Assembly: GCA_038128265.1 (NCBI GenBank)
Contig: JAYPJE010000013.1
Location: 22,908 to 86,907 of the forward strand
DNA from: Gemmatimonadota bacterium
GTDB lineage: Bacteria > Latescibacterota > UBA2968 > UBA8231
Direction of reading: 5' to 3'
DNA: 64,000 nt
In this document: positions 37,099 through 45,763 of the stretch, piece by piece
How the letters are laid out: the number at the start of each line of letters is the position of its first letter
Position numbering within the stretch: the stretch's first letter is position 1
The notes under the pieces: model-generated
What the model was told of the DNA's origin: nothing
Databases searched by the model: none
What the model saw: the letters and a program-made list of their open reading frames with translations, nothing else
Made by a program: the position numbers and the translations under genes

Positions 37099-37123
37099 GC
37101 CGGCTTGCAGGTGCCAAGCCGGC
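37099..37123. other. GC-rich stem-loop after the paralogue array
   Basis: GCCGGCTTG-7 nt-CAAGCCGGC. No adjacent U-tract, so a terminator role is uncertain. Confidence 0.3.
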
Positions 37124-37239
37124 GGCGCCAAATCTATTGCTCAGAAATTTGTTTTTGCGTTTGTGCGTGAGCGACCGCGTTGCTGGGCGTGTGTGCCAAT
37201 TCAGGTGGGCCTGAGCCGCGTACTATGAGGGGAATGCGT

Positions 37240-38907
37240 ATGTTCGCTGCCATATATGCCGTGCGCCGGGGGTGGATCCTTCCCCTTACAGTCTGTATGG
37301 TTGCGGCCGTAGAGGGCGATCCGTTGCGGCTGCCTGGTGAGGGGGTAGGGGGGGGGCAATCGGAGGAGATGGTGCAGCATCCAGTGCGTCCACAGCACCA
37401 GAAGGTTCAATCCGTTACGCCGGCTGACGAAGCGATACCGGGGCGGGCCGAAGCGATACTCTATTGTCAGACGTGTCATATTTTCGCCGAGCCCGATCTA
37501 CTCGATCGCGCGACGTTGCACAACTTCGTGCTGCCTTTTCTCTCGGAGCGCCTGGGAATTCCTCCTGGCACTACGTCGTTACCTGCCAATCCCATCGGTC
37601 GGCAGAAAGATCCCAAAGCGCTTGAGATCGTCAACAGGGCAGGCATCTACCCGGCGTACCCACTCGTGCCGCCGGATGCGTGGGAGAAGATCGTAGACTA
37701 CTATTTGCAGGCTGCTCCCGAGGAGCCTTTGCCGCGCACGGAAGAACCGTCGATTCGCGCGGAATTGCCGCAGTTTGAGGTTTTCAAGCCGCGCTATCGT
37801 ACGCCGTATCCCTTCACCACGTTAGTCGAGATCGATACGCTGCGAGGATGGATCTATGCGGGTGATTCGGCCGATAATTCACTGGTCATACTCGATGGTC
37901 AGGGACGGGAATTGCAAAAGATTCCTTCGATGCCCTCGCCGGTGGCCATCGAAAATCGAGCCGGAGCGGTGTGGGTGGCCTCCATTGGTTCGGTTTTTCC
38001 CTCCGACAATCCACGGGGCAAACTCGTCGCGTTCGAAAAAGATGGGCAGGGGCTGCTGAATATTCCTCCACGCGATGTATTAACCGACCTGGCGCGGCCG
38101 ACCTTTGCAACCTACGGCGACCTGAACGGCGACGGCAGGGAAGACATTGTCATGTCAAACTTTGGCTATCGAGTGGGCCACCTTTCGTGGTTTGAAAACG
38201 CGGGGGAGGGGCGCTATAGAGAGCATATACTCAATGGCGAACCCGGTGCGCTTAGCAGTGTGCTGCACGATTTTGATGGAAACGGCCTGCTCGATATTGC
38301 CGTGTTAATGGGGCAGGCGCGCGAAGGCGTGTTTATTTATTACAACGAAGGCGATGGGCACTTTACCGAGTCGTATGAGATTCAGTGGCCACCGTCGTAC
38401 GGAGCGGCCCATATGACGCTGGTCGATTTTGACGGCGACGGTGCCATGGACATCCTAACGGCCAACGGCGACAATGCCGACTACACGCCGTTTGCCAAGC
38501 GCTATCACGGGGTGCGGCTGTATATGAACGACGGCACGAACCGCTTTACCGAGGTGCTCTTCTATCCGCAGCACGGATCCTATAAGGCGCTGCCCGTCGA
38601 TTTCGATCAGGATGGCGATTTGGACATTGCCGCCATTTCGTTTTTTCCGGACTACGCTTCGGCACCGCAAGAGTCGTTTGTCTATTTGCAAAATAGGGGC
38701 AATATGCAGTTTGTCGCTCACACCTTTGCCGAGGCGCAGGACGCCCGCTGGTTGACGATGGATGCCGGAGACGTCGATTTGGACGGAGATGCGGATATTG
38801 TGTTGGGCGCTTTTGTGCGCGGAGGAAGCAATGTGCCGAAAGAGGTCGAGCAGCGCTGGCAGCGGGAGGCGACATCCGTGCTTATTTTGCGCAACAAACT
38901 GTTCTGA
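37240..38907 (+). CDS. FG-GAP/VCBS repeat protein with N-terminal monohaem cytochrome c motif
   Basis: CQTCH at 37465-37479; GDLNGDGREDI, DFDGNGLLDI, DFDGDGAMDI, DFDQDGDLDI repeats. GAGGGGA RBS before ATG 37240, start uncertain. Confidence 0.8.
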   Translation: MFAAIYAVRRGWILPLTVCMVAAVEGDPLRLPGEGVGGGQSEEMVQHPVRPQHQKVQSVTPADEAIPGRAEAILYCQTCHIFAEPDLLDRATLHNFVLPFLSERLGIPPGTTSLPANPIGRQKDPKALEIVNRAGIYPAYPLVPPDAWEKIVDYYLQAAPEEPLPRTEEPSIRAELPQFEVFKPRYRTPYPFTTLVEIDTLRGWIYAGDSADNSLVILDGQGRELQKIPSMPSPVAIENRAGAVWVASIGSVFPSDNPRGKLVAFEKDGQGLLNIPPRDVLTDLARPTFATYGDLNGDGREDIVMSNFGYRVGHLSWFENAGEGRYREHILNGEPGALSSVLHDFDGNGLLDIAVLMGQAREGVFIYYNEGDGHFTESYEIQWPPSYGAAHMTLVDFDGDGAMDILTANGDNADYTPFAKRYHGVRLYMNDGTNRFTEVLFYPQHGSYKALPVDFDQDGDLDIAAISFFPDYASAPQESFVYLQNRGNMQFVAHTFAEAQDARWLTMDAGDVDLDGDADIVLGAFVRGGSNVPKEVEQRWQREATSVLILRNKLF

Positions 38908-38928
38908 GAGGAAGCGAAGAGGTACGCG

Positions 38929-39795
38929 ATGAAATATAGGCGATTTGGGCGGACAAATTTAGAGGTGAGCGCGGTAAGTTTGGGCGGAGCGTATATTGGC
39001 GGCCGCGATCCAGAGCGCGCGCAGGAGAATGCGGTAGAAATTGTATCGAGGGCGTGGGAGGCGGGGTGCAACTACATCGACACCGCGCCTCTATACGGCG
39101 ACAGCGAACAGCTATTAGGACAAGCGCTTGCGCGGGTTGGACAGCCATTTTCGATAGCGACGAAGGTGGGCTTCAAGCCGGAGGGTTTCGACTACAAGCG
39201 CGATTCCGTAGTGGCAAGCATAGAGCGCAGCCTGGGGCTGCTCGGCGTCGAAAAGGTTGCGGTGGCGCAAATACACGAGGTAAATCTGGCTGGCTGGGAG
39301 CGCATTATGGAGCCAGGTGGCACGCTTGAGGGCCTGCGCGAAGCCCAGCGAAGAGGGCTATGTGACTTTGTCGGCATTACTGCGCGAGCCATCTCGCTGC
39401 TGGCCGAACTGGCGCAGACCGGTGAATTCGACACGGTGCTGTGCTATCACGATTACCACCCCTGCAAGAAGTTGGCTGCTGAGGAGGTCGTGCCGGCAGC
39501 GGCCGCTAACGATATGGGTATAGTAATTGCCACGCCGCTGGCCGGTGGAATTTACGTTGATAACGACGAGCAGGCAGCGGCCGTTGAGCAGTGGTTTGAA
39601 GAGGCGGACAGACCGCGCGTGTGGGGCATAATAGAAGAAATGAAACGGGCGCAGTCGACCCTGCCACAGAGCGCGTTTCGCTGGATCCTGGGCGACGGTC
39701 GCGTGTCGACGGTGTCGAGCGGTCCGTCAAACGTCGTCGAGTGGGACGAGGTCGTTGCGGCGGCGGATATGGAGCCGCTCGCCCTCACCACGTGA
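38929..39795 (+). CDS. Aldo/keto reductase
   Basis: YRRFGRTNLEVSAVSLGG, GCNYIDTAPLYG.SE, IATKVG, SIERSL..LG motifs. Confidence 0.9.
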   Translation: MKYRRFGRTNLEVSAVSLGGAYIGGRDPERAQENAVEIVSRAWEAGCNYIDTAPLYGDSEQLLGQALARVGQPFSIATKVGFKPEGFDYKRDSVVASIERSLGLLGVEKVAVAQIHEVNLAGWERIMEPGGTLEGLREAQRRGLCDFVGITARAISLLAELAQTGEFDTVLCYHDYHPCKKLAAEEVVPAAAANDMGIVIATPLAGGIYVDNDEQAAAVEQWFEEADRPRVWGIIEEMKRAQSTLPQSAFRWILGDGRVSTVSSGPSNVVEWDEVVAAADMEPLALTT

Positions 39796-39871
39796 GGCAC
39801 TTTGTGCAACGCTATAATCCCTGTGGCTTAGGTGCAAATATGGAGTGGATGCGGAAGAGGGGTGGCACGCT

Positions 39872-41707
39872 GTGACAGATAGAAGCATCCGGGGATATGG
39901 GTCGCTGTGGCTCGTATTGGGATTGGGCTTTGCCCTGCGCGTTGCCTATGTCTTTGAGATTGACCAGAGTCCACTTTTTTTCTATCCCGCCGTTGATTCG
40001 GAAACCTATACGCACCAGGCCGAGCGCATAGCCGCTGGCAACTGGCTCTATGCGGGGCAGGGCCCCTTCTGGCAGCCACCGCTCTACCCCTACGTTCTAG
40101 CCGCGTTTAAAACGCTCTTTCCGGATTGGTTTTTCCACGTCGTACGCCTTTTTCAGGCGCTGCTGGGTGCGCTGGTGTGCGGCATGGCGTGGTGGATTGG
40201 ACGCTACCTGTTCAATGGAACGGTTGGACTAATCGCCGGCACGTTGGTCGCTCTTTCTGGGTCGCTGATCTTTTTTGACGGCGAATTGTTGCCCGCTTCG
40301 TTGGCGACGTTCCTCAATATGGCAGCACTGGTTGCGCTGCTGTGCGCCTGGCGTTATCCCACAGTTGGGCGCTTTGCCATCTGTGGTGTGGCGCTGGGGA
40401 CGGCCGCTGTAACCGTTCCAACCGTGCTGCTTTTTGCCGCGGCAGTGCCCGTAGGTCTGCTGCGAAAATTTGCCAATCGGCAGGGCGGTATATTTGCCGC
40501 CGTTTTCCTCGTGGGGTTGGCGCTGCCGATCGCGCCGGTTGCCGCTCGAAACTACGCCGTTGGCGGCGATGCCGTTCTGATCTCCTACAACATGGGAATC
40601 AACTTTTACATTGGCAACAACGCCGAGTACGAGCGCACGGTGGCCATTCGTCCGGGCTGGGAATGGGACGAGCTGGTCGCTCTACCTGCTCAGTCTGGCA
40701 TTACGCGTCCGTCGGAAAAGTCGGCCTACTTTATGCGTCGGGCATGGGACTATATTGCGGCAGACACGGCGGGTTGGACGGCGCTGATGGTGGGCAAACT
40801 CGCCCAGTTCTGGCACGGCGACGAGCAGGGACGCAACCAGCCCATCTACTTTTGGCGCAATGATTCAACGGTGCTCTCTGCGACCTTGTGGAAAGCCGGT
40901 ATAGCCTTTCCCTTTGGCCTTGTCGCTCCGATGGCCCTATGGGGCTTGCTGATGAGCTTGCGGCGCGTGGGGCCGACGTGGCCAGCGGTGTATGCCTTGA
41001 GCTACTGGCTGGCGGTCGCGCTGTTTTTTGTCGCGGCGCGCTATAGGGTGCCGGCGCTGCCCGTACTCGCCGTATTTGCTGCATACGGTGCGTGGTCCAT
41101 AGTCGACTTGTTGCGCGCTGGTCACTGGCGCAATGCGGGTTTGGGGCTGGCGGTGTGTGTGGCCTTTGCCGTCCCGGCCAATTGGAACACGGGTTCGATG
41201 AACATGGGTGGAGATACGGCCATTCACTACAACCTGGGCAATGCCTATGCCAAAGCCGGCGATCGCCACAGGGCGATGGCCGCTTTTGCCCAGTCCGTTA
41301 GGGAGGATTCGCTGCACTGGCAGGCGTGGCTGAATTTGGGCAGCGTCAAAGGATCGCTGGGCGATGTGCGCGGCGCCGGAGAGATCTTTGAGCGACTGGC
41401 GCGCGCGGCGCCCAACCAGGTCGAACCGTGGGTTAACCTGGCCCACGTTCGGGTTATGCAGCGCGATGCTGACGGTGCGTTTGCCGCCTATGAACAGGCG
41501 CTTGCACTCAATCCCAAGCTGCTAGCAGTCTATGTCGAAATGATGACGCTATACGGCCAGTTGGGCGATCTGGCACAGGCCGCACAGGTGCTCAAGCGCT
41601 CAATTGACCAACTTCCCGGCGAACGCGCGCGGCTGCGCCAGCTATACGACAGTGTGCAAATGCGCGCGCTGTCGCAGGGGCGCGATGGGCAGGGAATGAA
41701 TCGCTAG
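39872..41707 (+). CDS. GT-C fold (PMT_2/GT39-like) membrane glycosyltransferase with C-terminal TPRs
   Basis: D-x-x-x-Y after TM1 (VDSETY), FWQPPLYPY, GINFYIGNN, FFVAARYRVP; TPRs (HYNLGNAY, AWLNLG). GTG start 39872 assumed. Confidence 0.8.
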   Translation: MTDRSIRGYGSLWLVLGLGFALRVAYVFEIDQSPLFFYPAVDSETYTHQAERIAAGNWLYAGQGPFWQPPLYPYVLAAFKTLFPDWFFHVVRLFQALLGALVCGMAWWIGRYLFNGTVGLIAGTLVALSGSLIFFDGELLPASLATFLNMAALVALLCAWRYPTVGRFAICGVALGTAAVTVPTVLLFAAAVPVGLLRKFANRQGGIFAAVFLVGLALPIAPVAARNYAVGGDAVLISYNMGINFYIGNNAEYERTVAIRPGWEWDELVALPAQSGITRPSEKSAYFMRRAWDYIAADTAGWTALMVGKLAQFWHGDEQGRNQPIYFWRNDSTVLSATLWKAGIAFPFGLVAPMALWGLLMSLRRVGPTWPAVYALSYWLAVALFFVAARYRVPALPVLAVFAAYGAWSIVDLLRAGHWRNAGLGLAVCVAFAVPANWNTGSMNMGGDTAIHYNLGNAYAKAGDRHRAMAAFAQSVREDSLHWQAWLNLGSVKGSLGDVRGAGEIFERLARAAPNQVEPWVNLAHVRVMQRDADGAFAAYEQALALNPKLLAVYVEMMTLYGQLGDLAQAAQVLKRSIDQLPGERARLRQLYDSVQMRALSQGRDGQGMNR

Positions 41708-41711
41708 CGCT

Positions 41712-41757
41712 CGGCCTATTGGCATCAGCGCGCCAAGTGCGCTAATCAAATAGGCCG
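41712..41757. terminator. Imperfect long hairpin between convergent genes, possible bidirectional terminator
   Basis: CGGCCTATT/AATAGGCCG outer stem plus AGCGCGC/GTGCGCT inner stem; overlaps the minus-strand stop at 41742. Confidence 0.4.
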
Positions 41758-42602
41758 GTCTCTATTGGCATCAGCTTAAAATCGGAGATGTACTCGCCGC
41801 TGCAGTATAGTTTCTGCTCTTTGGAAAGAGACCAAAAGGCATCAAAGCCGTTGTCCTTCTCGTCGGCGTCCAGAAAAGCCCAGCCCAGCCCAATAATGGC
41901 ATTTTCCGTCAAGTCGTGCACCGCGCTGTGTTCGGGCCCGTCCGGATGGAGATCGTCAAAGGGCGTAATGTAGAACTCGTACACTATGCGGCCAGAATCC
42001 AAGTGTTGCACCTGACCGCTCCAGCCAACCGAAGAAAACTCCTCGCGCTTTGTCCACAGGGCTTTGCCCCACAGCCAGTGCCAGTAGTGTCCGTTTAGCG
42101 GCGGCATATACAGGTGGTAGTTCTGTGTATAGGCGCTGCGATAGCGGAACTCGGCTTCGGGCTCTTCCGAGAAGTTGATTACGCGGTCGCCGGCGTGGTC
42201 GGCATCGACGACGATTTCCCATATATCAGAACCGTGCACATAGGCACCGGCCATGCGGCTGTGTGGCGTGTCTAACGAGTCCGTGTTGAAATGTGAGAAG
42301 CGCCAGACGTCGTCGTATACTTCGGCGATGAAGTAGAGGCGGTTGAGCCCGTCGTTCCAGCCGACGGCGGCGCGAATGAGGTGGAGGTCAAGCGTGTCAG
42401 CTACCGTGCTGTCGTGTAGTGTTTCTTTGTAGACCGAGTTGCCGATAAAGTAGCTGTCGGGGACGACCGCCCAGTCGGAAAAGTCGCCGTCCATGGAGGG
42501 CACGTGCCCGTCGGGAAACTGAAATACCGAAAATACGTGCTCCTCTGGAAAGTGGGCGCTGGCCGGTAGCACGAGGGCGAGTAGAAAGGCGATAAGGCGC
42601 AT
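41742..42602 (-). CDS. Secreted CBM9/DOMON-like protein, paralogue of 24251..25159 lacking the C-terminal tail
   Basis: AGAGGAG RBS; signal peptide ending ASA-H; PSMDGDFSDW, VGWNDGLNRLY, EIVVDADHAG, HDLTENAIIG, SDFKLMP. Confidence 0.78.
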   Translation of the reverse strand: MRLIAFLLALVLPASAHFPEEHVFSVFQFPDGHVPSMDGDFSDWAVVPDSYFIGNSVYKETLHDSTVADTLDLHLIRAAVGWNDGLNRLYFIAEVYDDVWRFSHFNTDSLDTPHSRMAGAYVHGSDIWEIVVDADHAGDRVINFSEEPEAEFRYRSAYTQNYHLYMPPLNGHYWHWLWGKALWTKREEFSSVGWSGQVQHLDSGRIVYEFYITPFDDLHPDGPEHSAVHDLTENAIIGLGWAFLDADEKDNGFDAFWSLSKEQKLYCSGEYISDFKLMPIETGLFD

Positions 42603-42739
42603 GGGGTTCTCCTCTTTGGGGTGCTGGCAAGATAGTGCAAGTTGGCCTTTGGCTCAAGCCCATAGCGCATAGTGGAGCCACCGTCTGAAAAGGAATCTAT
42701 TCGGCGCAAAACAGCGCAAAATAGGGTTCTATGCCGTGC

Positions 42740-42768
42740 TTGCTCGCGCTCGTAAAAAAATGTATACT
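42740..42768 (+). promoter_or_regulatory. Sigma70-type promoter directly abutting the 42777 start codon
   Basis: TTGCTC (42740-42745), 17-bp spacer, TATACT (42763-42768); ATG 8 nt downstream. Confidence 0.5.
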
Positions 42769-42776
42769 GCACGGAC

Positions 42777-44717
42777 ATGACCGCAAAAATAACGCTGCGC
42801 GCCCTGCTCGTCGGTGCGCTATTCTCGCTTGTAATCAACGTCTTCTTTGCCTACGCACGGCTAGCCATGGCCACGGCCGGTATGTCGTCGGACTATATAA
42901 CCGCCGGTGCCGTTTTTCTCTTCTTTGTATTTATAGCAACCGTGAATCCGCTCATTAAGCTGTGCCGGCGCTCGTGGGGTTTTGATCGATCCGAACTGAT
43001 CGTTATTTACTGCATGATGATCGTCGCTTCGGCGATTCCTACCTGGGGTTTTACTGGAAACCTAATCGCCATGCTGCCCGGTATCTACTACTACGCTACG
43101 CCGGAGAATAACTGGGCTGAGCTACTGCACCCCTTTGTTCGCGAATGGTTGGTGCCGCACGACGCCATGGCGATCAAATATTTTTTCGAGGGATTGCCCC
43201 AGGGACAGCGCCTCCCTTGGGAGCACTGGGTGCGGCCGCTGCTGGCCTGGTCCTCGTTTATTATCTCAATCTACCTGATGATGATTACCATCATGTCGAT
43301 TATTCGCCGCCAGTGGGTCGACTACGATCGCCTGACTTTCCCGCTGCTGCAGCTACCGCTAGATATGACGGAAGAGGGGCGGGATGGATCGATTTTCAAC
43401 GCCTTCCTGAAAAGCCCGCTCATGTGGCTGGGGTTTTCCATTCCCTTTATCATCTTCAGTACCAATGCGCTCAACCACTATTTCCCCTTTGTGCCGCCCA
43501 TTCAGCTGCGCAACAGCCTGCCCCTATTTAATCACGCGCTGGTTTTGCAGACCAACGTCAATTTTATCGCCATCGGTTTAGCCTATTTTCTCAGCTTAGA
43601 CGTTGGCCTTGGCATTTGGCTTTTTCACCTGCTGACCAAAGGGCAGATCGCCATGGAAAACGTGCTGGGATACAGCATCCCCGGGCGCAGCGATCTATTT
43701 ATGGAAGGCTCTATGGCCGTTTCCTATCAGGGCATGGGCGCTATGCTCGTATTGGTGCTCTATGGTCTGTGGAACAGTCGCACGCACCTGCGTCAGGTAT
43801 GGCAACAGGCCTGGCGCGGCAATGCAATAGACGACAGCCAGGAGATTCTGTCCTATCGCTCTGCGTTAATCATACTCGGTTGCGCCAGCGCCTATGCCAC
43901 GGGCTGGCTGACGCTTTCGGGTGTCCCGTTGGGCATTGCCCTGTTTTTTCTATTTATCGCCTTCTGCGTATTCTACGGCCTAGCGCGCATCGTTGCGGAG
44001 GGGGGATTGGGTTTTGCGCGCGCGCAGATGACGGCGCAGCCCTTTGTAATACACGCGGTGGGAACCGAAGCCGTGACGCCTAGTGGGTTGGTTAGTCTGG
44101 GTATGACGTTTAGCTGGGCGGGCGATTTGCGCACGATGATTATGGCCTCGACGATCAACAGTCTCAAATTGGCCGATGCCGGCAACGTGCGCGGCCGGCC
44201 GCTGTTTTGGGCCATTGCAATTTCTATTGTCGTCGGGCTTGCCGGATCGGTATGCATGGTCGTGTGGATGGGCTATACGTATGGGGGGATCAATCTGGAT
44301 TGGTGGTTTTACAACCGCTTCGGTGAAATAATTCACGGCGATACTGCGCATAAAATTGCCAATCCCACGCACCCGCTGCGCGATTGGTCTAGCGTTGCAC
44401 CGCGCTATCTTTTTTCGCTGGTTGGCGCCGGTGTAATGGGCATGTTGATGTGGGCGCGACATCACATCCTGTGGTGGCCTATCCACTACCTCGGCTTTCC
44501 AATCGGCGCGACGCTGACCATTGTCTATACTTGGTTCAGTATTTTTATAGGCTGGGTTTTGAAAGGTACCATTCTTAAGTACGGAGGCGTGCACCTATAT
44601 CGCCAACTGCGGCCATTTTTCCTCGGTCTGATACTTGGCCACGTTTTTGTATCGGGTTTCTGGGTGGTATTTGATTTTATAACGGGTGAGACCGGCAACC
44701 GAATTCCCATCTTTTAA
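42777..44717 (+). CDS. DUF6785/DUF6784-like multi-pass membrane protein (OPT-like putative peptide transporter)
   Basis: YYATPENNW, W..PLL.W, RRQWVDYDRLTFPL, RIVAEGG, WWPIHYLGF, KYGG..LYR..RPFFLGLILG. Confidence 0.8.
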   Translation: MTAKITLRALLVGALFSLVINVFFAYARLAMATAGMSSDYITAGAVFLFFVFIATVNPLIKLCRRSWGFDRSELIVIYCMMIVASAIPTWGFTGNLIAMLPGIYYYATPENNWAELLHPFVREWLVPHDAMAIKYFFEGLPQGQRLPWEHWVRPLLAWSSFIISIYLMMITIMSIIRRQWVDYDRLTFPLLQLPLDMTEEGRDGSIFNAFLKSPLMWLGFSIPFIIFSTNALNHYFPFVPPIQLRNSLPLFNHALVLQTNVNFIAIGLAYFLSLDVGLGIWLFHLLTKGQIAMENVLGYSIPGRSDLFMEGSMAVSYQGMGAMLVLVLYGLWNSRTHLRQVWQQAWRGNAIDDSQEILSYRSALIILGCASAYATGWLTLSGVPLGIALFFLFIAFCVFYGLARIVAEGGLGFARAQMTAQPFVIHAVGTEAVTPSGLVSLGMTFSWAGDLRTMIMASTINSLKLADAGNVRGRPLFWAIAISIVVGLAGSVCMVVWMGYTYGGINLDWWFYNRFGEIIHGDTAHKIANPTHPLRDWSSVAPRYLFSLVGAGVMGMLMWARHHILWWPIHYLGFPIGATLTIVYTWFSIFIGWVLKGTILKYGGVHLYRQLRPFFLGLILGHVFVSGFWVVFDFITGETGNRIPIF

Positions 44718-44728
44718 AGGAGTCAACG

Positions 44729-45763
44729 ATGAGGGCAAGCGATCGCCAGCGCGTGGGTGCGCAGGGATTGGAAGTGACGCGCCTTGGACTGGGCGGCACG
44801 GCATTTGGCAATATGTATGCCCGGCTAGACGAGGCGGCCGCAGAAGAAATTGTCGCAGCGGCCTATGCCGAGGGTATTTGCTACTGCGACACGGCGCCGC
44901 TCTACGGTTATGGCATGAGCGAGACGCGCTTGGGACAGGGTTTGAAAAGCGTGCCGCGCGACCAGATGGTTCTCTCTTCCAAGGTGGGCTATATGCTGGT
45001 GCCGCGGCCCGAGGGGCAGGAGGACCACACCCCCTTTGTCGACATTCCGCCGCTGGCCAGTGTGTTCGACTATTCGCGCGATGCAACGCTGCGCTCAATC
45101 GAGGGCAGCCTGGAGCGACTGCAGACAGATCGGCTGGATATCGTGCTGATTCACGATCCCGACGAATCGCGCAGCAACGATCCGGGTTGGCAGCCCGGCG
45201 ATCGCGGCCATTTTGACGAGGTGATGGAGGGCGCCTACCCGGCGCTGTGCGAACTGCGCTCAGCGGGAGTTATCGGAGCGATTGGGTTGGGTATGAACCA
45301 GTGGCAAATGCTGGCCGACTTTGCGCGCGCCGGCGATTTCGACTGCTTCTTGCTGGCCGGGCGCTATACGCTGCTAGAGCAGGAGTCGCTGCGCGAACTG
45401 CTGCCGCTGTGCCTGCAAAAAGACGTCCGCATTATTATTGGCGGTCCCTACAACTCGGGCATTTTGGCGACGGGCGCGACCGAGGGCGCCATGTATAATT
45501 ACGCACCGGCCGACGAGGCGGTGCTGAGGCGCGTGCGGCAGATTGAGGCCGTTTGTGCGCGCCACGAAGTGCCGCTGAGGGCGGCGGCGCTGCAGTTTCC
45601 CTTTGGGCACGCGGCGGTGGCCACGACCATTCCCGGTGCGCGTTCGGCAGAGGAGATCCGCGACAACGTGCGTTTGATCGAACATCCAATCCCCAACGAC
45701 TTTTGGGCCGAGCTCAAGGCCGAGAATCTAGTCGCGTCGGAAGCGCCAACGCCTAGCGGTTAG
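44729..45763 (+). CDS. Aldo/keto reductase, D-threo-aldose/L-fucose dehydrogenase-like
   Basis: CDTAPLYGYGMSE, SSKVG, FDYSRD, DIVLIHDPD, LLAGRYTLLEQ, GGPYNSGILA. Confidence 0.88.
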   Translation: MRASDRQRVGAQGLEVTRLGLGGTAFGNMYARLDEAAAEEIVAAAYAEGICYCDTAPLYGYGMSETRLGQGLKSVPRDQMVLSSKVGYMLVPRPEGQEDHTPFVDIPPLASVFDYSRDATLRSIEGSLERLQTDRLDIVLIHDPDESRSNDPGWQPGDRGHFDEVMEGAYPALCELRSAGVIGAIGLGMNQWQMLADFARAGDFDCFLLAGRYTLLEQESLRELLPLCLQKDVRIIIGGPYNSGILATGATEGAMYNYAPADEAVLRRVRQIEAVCARHEVPLRAAALQFPFGHAAVATTIPGARSAEEIRDNVRLIEHPIPNDFWAELKAENLVASEAPTPSG

